DNA of 64,000 bases from Chloroflexota bacterium (GCA_965216245.1 OZ244145.1:2572097-2636096), one strand, 5' to 3'; positions 31,879 through 42,240 are shown, numbered from the stretch's first letter. Notes: generated by a model not told the origin, from the sequence alone. Made by a program: numbers and translations.

Positions 31879-32595
31879 ATGGGCCGTGTACCGCGAGCGT
31901 GGATGAAGCCGCTCGATAAAGATTACAAAGCGAAGCCGCTACCGGTGCGCAAGCGGCGGCCCTGGCAGGAGACTGCTTGGGGCCGCGTGGTGATGGTCCC
32001 AATCCACCGCCTCGACCCTTACGTGCGCTGGTCGGAGCTTGTAGATCGCATGGTGCACGGGGTGATGTTGAATACTGATGTCTTCAAAGAAGTGCATGAG
32101 GACGATTCGGCGAACCTGCAAGCGCTCACGGTAGTCTTGATCGTCGCCGTGGTGCAGAACATCAGCCTGTTCCTCGTAGGGTTGTTCTGGTTCGGATTCT
32201 TTGGCTCTGTCGTTTTTGTCGCCAGGGCGATGGGCGACGCGATGGTGTCCTGGGTCATTTGGCTGATTGTTGCGTATGCGCTGTGCAAAGTGCTCTTCCG
32301 CAGCCGGGCAGGTTTTTTGCAGGTGTTTCGAACCCTTGCCTATGCATACGTGCCTGCTATTTTCTTGTTTTTCCAGGTAATACCGCTATACGGCGTCACG
32401 CTTGCCGCACTGACCTACTTGGCACTGATCGAATACGGCGTGTTGGCGCTGCGCCCGGCGCTGAGAGGATCGATCGCCAAGGCATTCCTTGCCAGTTTCA
32501 TTGGCTGGACCGGCTTGCTGGTCGTGAGCCTAATCCTCAGCGAAAGCCAGCTTTTCAGTCTGATCCAAGAGTGGATCGCAGAGCAGTGGTTTTGA
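31879..32595 (+). CDS. Yip1-domain membrane protein
   Basis: Five TM segments with Yip1-like organisation. RBS is GGAGGATACATGGG. Confidence 0.55.
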   Translation: MGRVPRAWMKPLDKDYKAKPLPVRKRRPWQETAWGRVVMVPIHRLDPYVRWSELVDRMVHGVMLNTDVFKEVHEDDSANLQALTVVLIVAVVQNISLFLVGLFWFGFFGSVVFVARAMGDAMVSWVIWLIVAYALCKVLFRSRAGFLQVFRTLAYAYVPAIFLFFQVIPLYGVTLAALTYLALIEYGVLALRPALRGSIAKAFLASFIGWTGLLVVSLILSESQLFSLIQEWIAEQWF

Positions 32596-32776
32596 GTAGA
32601 GGATCTTGGGTTTCTGCCTGCGACCGAATTTCCACATTGGCATAGGCCTCTTGAGAAGAGGCGACCGGTGCCTTGCCCCCACTCCTACTGCCTGCGTGCC
32701 CTGGTCATGCTCGGCCCGATGGCTCATGCATGCAGTCGTCCCCCGGCGGCACGCATAGAAACTTGACGAGCATCGG

Positions 32777-33937
32777 CTATGTTGGATGCGGGCGCGTGAA
32801 AGCAGTGTGGGGAGACAGTTCAACGCCCCAGCCCGGTGCTTCCGTCAGAATTACCTCACCACTCTCAGGGAGCGGCTCGCCTGCAAAGAATGGATGGATG
32901 GGTGCGATCTCCGTGCCGTCGCCGCTGCCAAAGATGAATTCGGCCATGGGGCACACGGCGTGCGCCGTGACGAAGGCATAGCTCATCACGCCGCCGATGT
33001 GGGGGATCACTTGCAGGCCGTGGGTCTCCGCCATGGCAGCCACGCGCCGCGCCGCGGTGATGCCGCCGCACCAGGCGAGATCGGGTTGCAGAATGTCTGC
33101 GCAACCCCGCTGGATGAGGTCGTGGAAACCGAAATGGGTGTATTCGTGTTCGCCGCAGGCAATGTGCAGCCAAGGCAGGCGCTTGCGTAGCGTGGCGTAG
33201 CCGTCATAGTCATCCGGGAGCAGCGGCTCTTCCAGCCAATAGATGTCGTATTCACGCAGGCGTTCGGCCATGGCGATCGCATACGGTACGTCCCAGCCCA
33301 TCCAAGCGTCGACCATGAGGAGCCTGTCCGGCCCCAGCGCGTCACGGGCGGCGGCAACCTGCGCTTCATTTTGCCGCATGCCCTCAGCGCCGTCCCACGG
33401 CCCATACCGCATGAAGACTTTGTTCCGATTGAATCCCAGACGTGCATAAGCCTCCGTGCGGTTGCCGCTGGCATAGAGAGACACACGCGGTGGCTGAGTC
33501 CCAGATCCCTTCGTCTTGCCTCCGAGGAGCACGTAGACCGGTACGCCTGCTGCCCTGCCTTTGATGTCCCACAGCGCGTTGTCTATGGCGCTGAGTGCCA
33601 TGATTGGCAGTCCCTTGCGCCCGTAAGGAAGCGTGGCGCGGAACATGAGGTCCCAGAGCAGTTCAGTGTCTCGGGGATCGCGGCCGACGAGCAAAGACTT
33701 GAGATGGTGCTCAATGATGTGACAACTGGGCGCGCCGCCGCCACCCACGCCGATGCCCACAATGCCGTCATCGGTAGTGACTCGAGCGATAGTGCGCGGC
33801 ACCATGCCCTGCCAAGAACTGCGCGTTTCGGCATATTCCGGATAGGGCGACATGGGGCTTGCCATGCGCTCTGCCACGAGCCAGCTAGGGCGCTTGGGGG
33901 CTTCCGGCAAGAGAGCTTCGATGTCGACAATCTTCAT
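32777..33937 (-). CDS. L-rhamnonate dehydratase-like enolase-superfamily enzyme (paralog A)
   Basis: Close motif-level match to the RhamD family: SPYPEY, CHIIEHHL, LLGG, HIACGEHEYTHFGF, DILQPDLAWCGGIT and RPHP at the C-terminus. Confidence 0.8.
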   Translation of the reverse strand: MKIVDIEALLPEAPKRPSWLVAERMASPMSPYPEYAETRSSWQGMVPRTIARVTTDDGIVGIGVGGGGAPSCHIIEHHLKSLLVGRDPRDTELLWDLMFRATLPYGRKGLPIMALSAIDNALWDIKGRAAGVPVYVLLGGKTKGSGTQPPRVSLYASGNRTEAYARLGFNRNKVFMRYGPWDGAEGMRQNEAQVAAARDALGPDRLLMVDAWMGWDVPYAIAMAERLREYDIYWLEEPLLPDDYDGYATLRKRLPWLHIACGEHEYTHFGFHDLIQRGCADILQPDLAWCGGITAARRVAAMAETHGLQVIPHIGGVMSYAFVTAHAVCPMAEFIFGSGDGTEIAPIHPFFAGEPLPESGEVILTEAPGWGVELSPHTAFTRPHPT

Positions 33938-33985
33938 GATGGTCGTGGCGCTTTTCTCCCATGCCGGAGACCTTTGCGAGGATTC

Positions 33986-34012
33986 GTCATTCCGGCGAAA
34001 GCCGGAATCTAG
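33986..34012. repeat. Family-2 hairpin GTCATTCCGGCGAAAGCCGGAATCTAG between the two RhamD paralogs
   Basis: Direct reading. It translates as VIPAKAGI or SFRRKPES in spurious ORFs. Confidence 0.8.
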
Positions 34013-34176
34013 GGGAGGTGTAGTGGGCGGGAGCTTTCAAAATGGCACTTCTCACTCCCATTCCGACCTTCCCATAATAGAGGAAAGGGGTTCGCAAAGG
34101 AATCCTCCTCGATTTGGATAACAAGCCCGTACACCAATCGAAGCCCATTGACCCGGTCGGCACGGGAATCCAAGTC

Positions 34177-35376
34177 CTATTCTCCCGTTCCCAGACCCGC
34201 AGAGCCGGGCGCGGCATCTGCGTTGCTTTCGGACGTCGGATGTGGGCGTTCCAGTGTAACTTCCGGCGCAATCTTGTGTCCCCAACCGGGCGCTTCAGGT
34301 GGGCGTACCCGGCCGTTTTCCGGCAAAGGCTCGCCGCTGAAGAAGGGCTGCACCGGCACAAGTTCGCTGCCGTCGCCCGCGCGGAAGATGAACTCAACCA
34401 AAGGCGAATTGGCATGGGCGAGGCAAAAGTGATAGCTGGCCGTAGCGCCCACGTGAGGAATGACGTCGATGCCGTGGGTCTCTGCCATCTGCGCCGCGCG
34501 GTGGGCCTCGGTGATGCCGCCGCACCAGGCGAGATCGGGCTGCAGAATGTCGGCGCAGCCGCGTTGGATGAGCTCGTGGAAGCCAAAGCGCGTGTATTCG
34601 TGCTCCCCGGTGGTGATGCGCGTCCAGGAGATGCGGCGGCGCAATTCGGCGTAGCCGTCGTAATCATCGGGCGGAAGCGCTTCCTCGATCCAGTACACGT
34701 TGTACGGGCGCAAGCGCTCGGCCATTCGGAGCGTATAGGTGACGTCCCAGGCCATGTAGCAATCGAGCATCAACAGCATGTCGGGTCCCAGCGCCTCGCG
34801 CGCATCGGCCACGTGCTTTTCGTTCAGCTTCATGCCCTCCACGCCGTCCCATGGGCCGTAGGGCATGGCGACTTTGTTGCCCACGAAGCCTAACGACGCA
34901 TAGACTGCCGACTGGTTGCCGGTGGCGTAAACCGGAATCGCGGGTTTGGTTGCACCGCCCAAGAGTTTATAGACAGGCTGTCCGGCGGCCTTGCCCTTGA
35001 TGTCCCACAGGGCGTTATCAATGCCGCTGATGGCCATGATCGGCAGCCCTTTGCGCCCATACGGGAGCGAGGCGCGGAACATCTGGTCCCAGAGGCGCTC
35101 CGTATCGCGAGGGTCTTGGCCCACGAGCAAGCGCTTGAGGTGCTGCTCCACGATGAAGCAACCCGGATTGCCGCCGCCGCCCAGGCCAAGACCCTCCAGC
35201 CCGTCATCGGTCTTGACGCGCACGATAATCGGCCCCAGCGGCCCCATCCAGAGCGCCCGGCGCTCGCCATACTCCGGATAGCGCGACATGGGATTGGCCA
35301 CCCGAATGTGCGAGAGCCAACTGGGCGGCTCAGGCGGCAAGTGGGGAATGAAGGCTTCAACTTCAGTGATTTTCAC
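34177..35376 (-). CDS. L-rhamnonate dehydratase-like enolase-superfamily enzyme (paralog B)
   Basis: About 65% identical to paralog A. Same motif set (TGEHEYTRFGF, DILQPDLAWCGGIT). Confidence 0.8.
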   Translation of the reverse strand: MKITEVEAFIPHLPPEPPSWLSHIRVANPMSRYPEYGERRALWMGPLGPIIVRVKTDDGLEGLGLGGGGNPGCFIVEQHLKRLLVGQDPRDTERLWDQMFRASLPYGRKGLPIMAISGIDNALWDIKGKAAGQPVYKLLGGATKPAIPVYATGNQSAVYASLGFVGNKVAMPYGPWDGVEGMKLNEKHVADAREALGPDMLLMLDCYMAWDVTYTLRMAERLRPYNVYWIEEALPPDDYDGYAELRRRISWTRITTGEHEYTRFGFHELIQRGCADILQPDLAWCGGITEAHRAAQMAETHGIDVIPHVGATASYHFCLAHANSPLVEFIFRAGDGSELVPVQPFFSGEPLPENGRVRPPEAPGWGHKIAPEVTLERPHPTSESNADAAPGSAGLGTGE

Positions 35377-35435
35377 GGGATCGCACCTCTGTTCGTTGCG
35401 TATAGGACGCCGGTCAGTAACATGGGTTTTGGCCT

Positions 35436-36263
35436 GTGGTAGTGTCTATGATAACCGGCTGGACCGGCATGTGTCAGCGCGTGACTTGGGATGGGAGGCA
35501 AATCCTGGCCGGACAGCAGACAGACGCGAGTGATAGAGGACCAGGTCGCCGCCACACGTTTCGTGTGAAACGCGGAGGCGTCGTACTCTATCTGCTCGCG
35601 CTGGTGGTGACGACCGCGCTGCTCGTGCGGTTTCTCTATCTGGATGGGCGGCCGTGGTACGGGAACTGGCCGGCGGTTATCCTATCGGCGCTCTTCTTTT
35701 CGCTCTTCGTCGTGGGATTTCTCGTGGCGCTGCCGCGCCGCGACTGGCGGCAGGCGGCGTTGGGCCCGGCATTTCTCATTGCGCTCTTCACCGAGATGTT
35801 CGGTATTCCCTTAACCATCTACCTGCTGAGTAGCGTCTTCGGCTTCTCAATCGGGCTGGATGGCAGCGAGGGCCATCTATGGGCGGTATTGCTCGACCGG
35901 TTGGGCTGGGTGCCGTTGCGCGTGGGTGTGCCAGTGCTGAAGTTGGGCGGCAGCGCAGTCGTTGTGGCGGGGTTGGTGCTGATGGGCTGGGGCTGGTGGC
36001 ACGTGTACCGCGGCCGCGGCGCGCTGGTGACCCATGGCCTCTACCGCCACGTGCGCCACCCGCAGTACGTGGGCTTTGTGCTGGTGATGGTCGGTTTTCT
36101 TATCCAGTGGCCGACGCTGATCACGCTGCTGATGTTCCCCCTCCTGCTGGCAGCGTACGTCCGCCTGGCAGCGACGGAAGACAGCTTTCTCGAACAAACG
36201 CAAGGCGATGCGTTCCGCGGGTATAAAGAGACCGTACCCGGCTGGCTGCCGCGACTATGGTGA
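35436..36263 (+). CDS. ICMT/PEMT-family membrane methyltransferase. The start is uncertain.
   Basis: C-terminal GLYRHVRHPQYVGFVLVMVG...EE..L...FG..Y..Y...VP signature. Confidence 0.6.
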   Translation: MVVSMITGWTGMCQRVTWDGRQILAGQQTDASDRGPGRRHTFRVKRGGVVLYLLALVVTTALLVRFLYLDGRPWYGNWPAVILSALFFSLFVVGFLVALPRRDWRQAALGPAFLIALFTEMFGIPLTIYLLSSVFGFSIGLDGSEGHLWAVLLDRLGWVPLRVGVPVLKLGGSAVVVAGLVLMGWGWWHVYRGRGALVTHGLYRHVRHPQYVGFVLVMVGFLIQWPTLITLLMFPLLLAAYVRLAATEDSFLEQTQGDAFRGYKETVPGWLPRLW

Positions 36264-36414
36264 AGGAGAGCTTGCAATTACATTGATAATGCTGATGGTT
36301 TCACAGCGGCGTTATAGAACACTATCGTCCACTGGCGCGTGACTGTGCTCGGAGGGCTTCTGTATCCTCTAGGGAAGAGCGTTGCGAGCGATGCTCGTCA
36401 AGAGCCGTTCGTGC

Positions 36415-36437
36415 TGAGCCTGTCGAAGTATGAACGG
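36415..36437. repeat. Family-3 hairpin CCGTTCGTGCTGAGCCTGTCGAAGTATGAACGG
   Basis: Direct reading. The stem is CCGTTCGT/ATGAACGG. Confidence 0.8.
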
Positions 36438-36609
36438 GTCCTGGGGTCCAATCCGATAGATGTAGGAGCGTTACCAGTTCAATGTGGCGGCCTCTTTGCA
36501 AAAGGAATGACAGGATCGTTACTAGCCGATCTTGCAAATTGCACAGACATCAGCGGAATTGGAAAACGAACGGGTAGAGTGGGGACAGCTTAGAATGCGG
36601 GCCAATCTC

Positions 36610-37167
36610 ATGCAGGTCACGAAGCACGTCATTGAACGCGTATTACTAAACACCGTGCTCGTAGTTGCAATCCTTTCCGTGCTGGGCTGCGGCCCGCCTG
36701 GGACGGCACCGCGCGAGGGTGCGGCGACGCCATCCGCGCCGGTAGAAGGGACGCCTCTTGCCTATGAAGCGGTGCTCTGCATCAACGAGGCGCGCATCAA
36801 CGTGCTGGTCGCCGATACGCCACAGGAACGGGCCGCGGGCCTGAGCGGATACCCCGGACTACCGGAGAACGTCGGAATGCTGTTCGTATTCCCGGAGCCG
36901 CGGCAGCCGTCATTCTGGATGAAGGGGATGGAGTTTTCGCTCGACCTCGTCTGGATACGCGAAGGGATTGTGGTGCAAATCGATACCGCGGTCCCGCCCC
37001 CGCCCCCAAATACGCCGGACGACCAACTCCCGCGCTACCACCCGACCGAACCGGTCACGCACGTGCTGGAACTAGAGGCCGGCTCAGCAGCGCGCTACGG
37101 CATCACCTTCGGCGATCATATAGTTATCTGCCCAGATAAGACACCTTCCGCAGACACCGATGGCTGA
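36610..37167 (+). CDS. DUF192-domain lipoprotein
   Basis: Lipobox LSVLGCG. DUF192-like core: NVLVADTPQERAAGL and GMLFVFP. Confidence 0.65.
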   Translation: MQVTKHVIERVLLNTVLVVAILSVLGCGPPGTAPREGAATPSAPVEGTPLAYEAVLCINEARINVLVADTPQERAAGLSGYPGLPENVGMLFVFPEPRQPSFWMKGMEFSLDLVWIREGIVVQIDTAVPPPPPNTPDDQLPRYHPTEPVTHVLELEAGSAARYGITFGDHIVICPDKTPSADTDG

Positions 37168-37326
37168 GGAGGTATTGGGAGACATGTCCCAAGCTCGGAA
37201 CCTGGAAGAGGGAGAAGTCAACCAAAACACTTGCTACAAGAAAAGGTTGGCGCTGGTTGCATACCTGCGATACGGGAAGGCAACAAGCAAGCTTAGAGTC
37301 TTCAAGCTAAAGTCTTCAAAGAGTGT

Positions 37327-38772
37327 CTAGTCCGGAGGGTTCGCCGGTATTAGGTTACCGTCCTCATCCGCTCGCACTAGGGTGCGCAAGTCCGTGCCGT
37401 CACGGGCAACGGTGTAGAGTTGCGGGGGAATGTTGCCGTAGGGGTTCCCTGGAACGTAGAGCGCGATACGGGCGCCGTCCGGCGACCACGCTCCTACGCG
37501 CCATGCTTGGTCAAGGGGATTCTCAAGCTCCACGCGGCGCGCGTTGCTGCCGTCACGCTCGACGATGAAATAGTGACTATCGGAGGCTATCAGCAGCTCC
37601 GACCCGTCCGGCGACCACAACACTTGAGAAACTTGCCACTCCGCGCCCTGCGATTCCAGCACCTGAGTTAGATCGGTGCCATCGGGACGCACCGTGTAGA
37701 CGCCGACGGGCGCTCCCTCCTCATCGGCCATCACGAAGGCCAGAACGTCCCCGTCCGGCGACCACGAAGGCAAGACCGGCACCCAGTATGACTGTCCCGA
37801 CCCGGTCGCAAGCGGTTCCAGAAACGGTACATTGCCAACAACCGGTCCGACTACCCGCGTCCACTCCGCCCCGTCGGCCCGAATCGTGTAAAGAAGAACC
37901 TCCTGATAAGCCGCCAGAAATGCCAAATGCTCCCCGTCTGGCGACCACAGTTGCGGGGCCACCACAATGGCGACGTAGTAGGTTTTCTCCCTTAGCGTAG
38001 GTGTCGGTATCGCTTCTCCCTGATCTACCTCGGATCCATCCGCCACTATGGCATAGAAAAAGGTACTTTCCTTCCTAGTCGCAGGTGTCGTAATTTCTTT
38101 CTCCTGCCGTACATCGGGCTCGTCCGCTGCCATCGTAATGATCTCCCCATTCTGCCAACTCCTGATACGAGTAGCTGACCAGAAGGAGATGCGCTTTCCA
38201 TCAGGCGCCCAGACCGGATAGTGATCAAAGATGTCGTTTCGTGTAAGCCGCAGTTTCTCGGTGCCATCCAGGTTGATGACGGCGATCTCATAGCCGAAGT
38301 AGTTCTCCCGTGCTGGATCTACGTTCGGACCTTCCGGTCGAAACTCGCATGACGTATACACCACCCGCGTGCCGTCTGGCGATACATCAAAGTAGAAGCC
38401 GTACGGAAAATTGTACCGTGGTTCGCGCTTCTCTATGGGATATCTGGGATCCGCGTCCACGACCGTGCGCAAACTGGTCCCTTCCAGATCGACCACCTGT
38501 ATCATCCCGAGATAATCGAATATGAGATGCGTGCCGTCCGGCGTCCAATGAATGACCTGCTCGAAATAATAACCGCCCTGGCCTTCAAACATCGGACCAC
38601 AAGGGCCGTCTGAATGTCTAATAATACTAACATTCCCTTTCTCAACCTTTTCGGTGTTTGAATCTTCCAAAGTCTGAACGGTGTTTGTCTCACAGCCGGC
38701 AAGACCGGCGGCCAACGCCAATATGAGCAACCCCAGCAACAACGTCTGAATTCGATGCAATGGTATGCGCAC
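37327..38772 (-). CDS. TolB-like PD40 beta-propeller lipoprotein
   Basis: Lipobox LAAGLAGC. At least six W(S/A)PDG PD40 repeats. Confidence 0.8.
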   Translation of the reverse strand: MRIPLHRIQTLLLGLLILALAAGLAGCETNTVQTLEDSNTEKVEKGNVSIIRHSDGPCGPMFEGQGGYYFEQVIHWTPDGTHLIFDYLGMIQVVDLEGTSLRTVVDADPRYPIEKREPRYNFPYGFYFDVSPDGTRVVYTSCEFRPEGPNVDPARENYFGYEIAVINLDGTEKLRLTRNDIFDHYPVWAPDGKRISFWSATRIRSWQNGEIITMAADEPDVRQEKEITTPATRKESTFFYAIVADGSEVDQGEAIPTPTLREKTYYVAIVVAPQLWSPDGEHLAFLAAYQEVLLYTIRADGAEWTRVVGPVVGNVPFLEPLATGSGQSYWVPVLPSWSPDGDVLAFVMADEEGAPVGVYTVRPDGTDLTQVLESQGAEWQVSQVLWSPDGSELLIASDSHYFIVERDGSNARRVELENPLDQAWRVGAWSPDGARIALYVPGNPYGNIPPQLYTVARDGTDLRTLVRADEDGNLIPANPPD

Positions 38773-39139
38773 TGTTAAACTCCTCAGCTCCTGGGTCTGA
38801 TAGATCGCGATGTTCTCGACAATGTCTACGATCGCGCTGTGCTGTCGGGCTGCCTAGATGTTGACAAAACAAGCCAGCAATTGCAAGCGAAGAGTAGAGA
38901 CCAGTTGCGAATGTAAGGGATGCGAGTTACCAAAGTCTAGGCAGTTTGGGGTTGCTGTCTTACAGGCCGGGCGCAGGATGCAGCCTTAGCTGCATAATTG
39001 GGAGCCAGTATTCGTTTTCCGTAATAGGTGTAGTGGGGCTCAATAGGAAGACCTCAGCGCTATTTGCCGCGTCGCTCGAACAACCCATGAAGCGTTCAGG
39101 TTGCGGTATGAATCTCGCTGTAGCGCTGCGCGTGTCATC

Positions 39140-39765
39140 CTACTCTAAGGACAGGGCACCCTTCGAGAGCACGTCCTTCACGCCGGCCTGGTGATTGGCG
39201 AGGCGGGCGAGGGTGAAGAGCAGGTCGGAGAGGCGGTTGAGGTAGATCAGAATTGGTTTGGAGAGTGGCTCTTCTTGCGCAAGGGCAACCGCAATGCGTT
39301 CGGTACGGCGGCAGACGGCGCGGGCGAGGTGGAGCGCGGCGGCGGCGGGCGTGCCGCCGGGGAGGACAAAATCCGTGAGGGGAGCGAGTTCTGAGTCTGC
39401 CGCGTCGATGGCTGCCTCTAGCGTCGCGGCGTGTTCGGGCGTGATGCGTGGAATGGTATAGGCCCGTGGCTCGTGCGGCGTGGCTACGTCCGCGCCCATG
39501 ATGAAGAGTTCGCTTTGGATACGCTGGACTAGGGCCGCGAGGGCGGATGCGTCATTCTGAGTGGGAGAGCCCGTGCTGCTTCTTGCAGGATCGCCGGCTG
39601 CATTTGCCGTCTCTTCATCGCGCAGGTGGACGACTGCCATGCCCAGAGTAGCGCTCAGCTCGTCGATGGTGCCGATGAGTTCCATGCGGAGGGCGTGTTT
39701 TGAAACCCGCTCGCCGCCAAAGAGCGACGTGGTGCCGTCGTCACCGCCGCCGGTGTAGATGGGCA
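39140..39765 (-). CDS. PduO-type ATP:cob(I)alamin adenosyltransferase
   Basis: MPIYTGGGDDGTTSL start. The longer ORF to 40033 is a repeat-derived artefact. Confidence 0.85.
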
Positions 39766-39827
39766 TGAGGTTCTGTGTCCTCCCGAATTGAAGAATGCTG
39801 ATTTTCAAGGGTTGATGGGAGCGGTTT

Positions 39828-39871
39828 TCCCGTTCGTACTGAGCTTGACGAAGGGTCGAAGTACGAACGGG
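39828..39871. repeat. Family-3 hairpin with a perfect 12-bp stem CCCGTTCGTACT/AGTACGAACGGG
   Basis: Direct reading. Confidence 0.85.
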
Positions 39872-39939
39872 AAACAGACGTGCGGAATGTTGAAAAAGGC
39901 ATTCCAGCGCGGTTGGCCGTTCAACAGGTGATGGCAAAC

Positions 39940-40503
39940 GGCGGTGCTTTGCAGGGACCTTGCTCCTACGCTGTTCACCCTTCGGCAGGCTCAGGGCGAA
40001 CGGCTTGCAACCTGCCAAGGCCCTTTCTTGCACCGCTCGCCCTTCGGCTAGGCTCAGGGGGAACGGCGGTGCTTTGCAGGGACCTTGCTCCCAAACTGTT
40101 CACCCTTCGACAGGCTCAGGGCGAACGGCTTGCATTCTGTCAAGGCCCTTTCTTGCACCGCTCGCCTTTCGGCTAGGCTCAGGGGGAACGGCAGTGCTTT
40201 GCAGAGAGCTTGCTCCTACGCTGTTCACCCTTCGACAGGCTCAGGGCGAACGGTTTGCAACCTGCCAAGGCCCTTTCTTGCACCGCTCGCCTTTCGGCTA
40301 GGCTTAGGGGGAACGGCAGTGCTTTGCAGAGAGCTTGCTCCTACGCTGTTCACCCTTCGACAGGCTCAGGGCGAACGGCTTGCATTCTGCCAAGGCCCTT
40401 TCTTGCACCGCTCGCCCTTCGGCTAGGCTCAGGGGGAACGGCAGTGCTTTGCAGGGAGCTTGCTCCTGCGCTGTCCACCCTTCGACAGGCTCAGGGCGAA
40501 CGG
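39940..40503. repeat. Tandem array of 4.5 x 125-bp units. Each unit holds two family-3 cores plus a GCTTGCAACCTGCC motif.
   Basis: Unit starts at 39940, 40065, 40190, 40315 and 40440. Units are more than 90% identical. Confidence 0.9.
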
Positions 40504-40587
40504 TCATGTGCTGTAGACAAAGAGGTTCTCTCGCTTCGCCAAACAGAACTGTTAAGCTTCGTACGATGGGGTTGCTTGAATGCCCCG

Positions 40588-41505
40588 TTACTCCGATGCT
40601 GCCGTGCGCAGCATGTCGCGCATGCGATGCACCAGGGTCAGTCCCTCGTCCCACGGCCGTTGGAAGCAATTGCGTCCGAAGATGAAACCAGTAGCGCCTG
40701 ACTGCACAGCGAGGCGGGCCTTCTCCAAGGCTTCCTCGTCGCTGGCGCGCTCGCTGCCTGAGACCAGTACCAGGGTTCTGCCCGCCGACTGCACCGCCTT
40801 GGCGAGCGCCTCGTCGGGCGTGACGTTCATGGTGTTGTAAGGCGCGGGCGAGAGCTTGTCCTTCTCAGGATCGATCTTGGGCACGTTGATCTTTACCACG
40901 TCGGCTCCAAGTTCGCAGGCTACGCGCGCGGCGTAATCAATGGCGTAGAAGCTGTCGCGGCCGCCTTTGGCCTCCATGTGCTTGCCGCGGGGGTACGCCC
41001 ACATGATCGTCGGCATGCCGAAGCGGTCGGCGTCCTGACGCACCTGCCGCCACTGGACGAAGTCCTCATCCTGGCGCGACGATCCCATGTAAAGCGTGTA
41101 GCCAATCGCATCGGCACCCAGGCGCACGGCGTCCTCGACTGTGGCATTGAGCGGATTAAGGGGGGCGTCATCGGGCGGGATGTTGGTCTTGCCGTTGAGT
41201 TTCACCACCAGCGGCATCCGGCCGGCGTATGGGCGCATGTACTTTAGGGCAGTGCCATATTGCAGGGCTACTCCCGAAAAGCCGCCCTCCAGCGCCAGCC
41301 GCCAGATGTAGTCGGGGTCAAGGGCAGCGGGATTGTCGAAGAAGTCCGCCGGGCCATGCTCCATGCCGTGGTCTACCGGCAGGAGCATCATGGTGCCATT
41401 GCCGGGACCGTAGCCGTAGAGCAAGCGTTGCAAGCGCACGTACTTCCCCGGACTTAGCTCTAGATCGTCTAGCGTGATCCGACGGTTTTTCATAACACTC
41501 GCCAT
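40588..41505 (-). CDS. Class I fructose-bisphosphate aldolase (DhnA/FbaB type)
   Basis: LLPVDHGMEHGP start. VKIN Schiff-base lysine region. Confidence 0.85.
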   Translation of the reverse strand: MASVMKNRRITLDDLELSPGKYVRLQRLLYGYGPGNGTMMLLPVDHGMEHGPADFFDNPAALDPDYIWRLALEGGFSGVALQYGTALKYMRPYAGRMPLVVKLNGKTNIPPDDAPLNPLNATVEDAVRLGADAIGYTLYMGSSRQDEDFVQWRQVRQDADRFGMPTIMWAYPRGKHMEAKGGRDSFYAIDYAARVACELGADVVKINVPKIDPEKDKLSPAPYNTMNVTPDEALAKAVQSAGRTLVLVSGSERASDEEALEKARLAVQSGATGFIFGRNCFQRPWDEGLTLVHRMRDMLRTAASE

Positions 41506-41712
41506 GACAGCCCCCTAAAGTTATCGCCGTGAAGGCTCTTCAAGATCACCTATTACCCAACTCACCGAAGTCGCGTTTTCCGTCGCCATTGTTCTACGCC
41601 CCCTGGAAATTGTGCCGCTCTTGCTGGAAGTTGCGGGGCATGGCTGTAGTAATGTCCGGCCCGATTTGCCCATTGAAGACCGTGCGCAGCGCCAAGTGGC
41701 CCCCGGGAGAAG

Positions 41713-42133
41713 TCATGCGCCTAGCAACGGCTGGTGTTTCAAGCGATGATACCGCAAAGCGAGTGAGACACAGTGCTTCAGAGCGTCCACCGGTAGCTCG
41801 TCGGTTTCGCAAAATACAATGGCCCTGTTCCCCTCGAACGTAAAAAAGCCCCTGTAGAGTGACTTGAACGTTTCAACCAACGAAGTGTTGCAGTTGAAGT
41901 ACAGCGCGTACTGGTGCGGCGACTTCTGCTTCCAGTCCATTCTGATCGTGCTACCGCCTTTGGTGAGGTAGCTCGGCTCTCCCCACTTTAGGGTTTCTTC
42001 CACGGCAGCAACGCCCTCTGTATTCTGCTGCCGCTTCGAAGACGATCCGCCTCAGCCGCAGCATCTTCTTGCGCATAGGCTCCGGGTAACTGTCGAATAC
42101 TTGCGCCACATTAGGGTTCTCGATACTGTCCAT
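41713..42133 (-). pseudogene. DUF1801-family protein, split by a frameshift near 42005-42020
   Basis: N-terminal part MDSIENPNVAQVFDSYPEPMRKKMLRLRRIVFEAAAE is in one frame. The continuation TEGVAAVEETLKWGEPSY... is in the adjacent frame. Confidence 0.5.
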
Positions 42134-42240
42134 GCCCGACGCCGCTGTCCTCTTTCGCATCCTGCAAACCGCTTTCACTCATGTGGAGTGAGAACTAAGA
42201 AGCCGTACCCTCCGGCTATGAAGGAATACCCGTCACAGCC

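Noticed and set aside
39766-40033. N-terminal 89-codon extension of the PduO-type adenosyltransferase ORF
   Set aside because: The extension is read through the repeat array. The canonical family start MPIYTGGGDDGTTSL begins at 39765.
39880-40701. Five overlapping ~100-160-aa ORFs (PFDRLRANG / RPEPVEG / PFALSLSKGE proteins) on both strands
   Set aside because: They are translations of the 125-bp tandem repeat. Every unit shows identical periodic protein sequence, and there is no independent coding signal.
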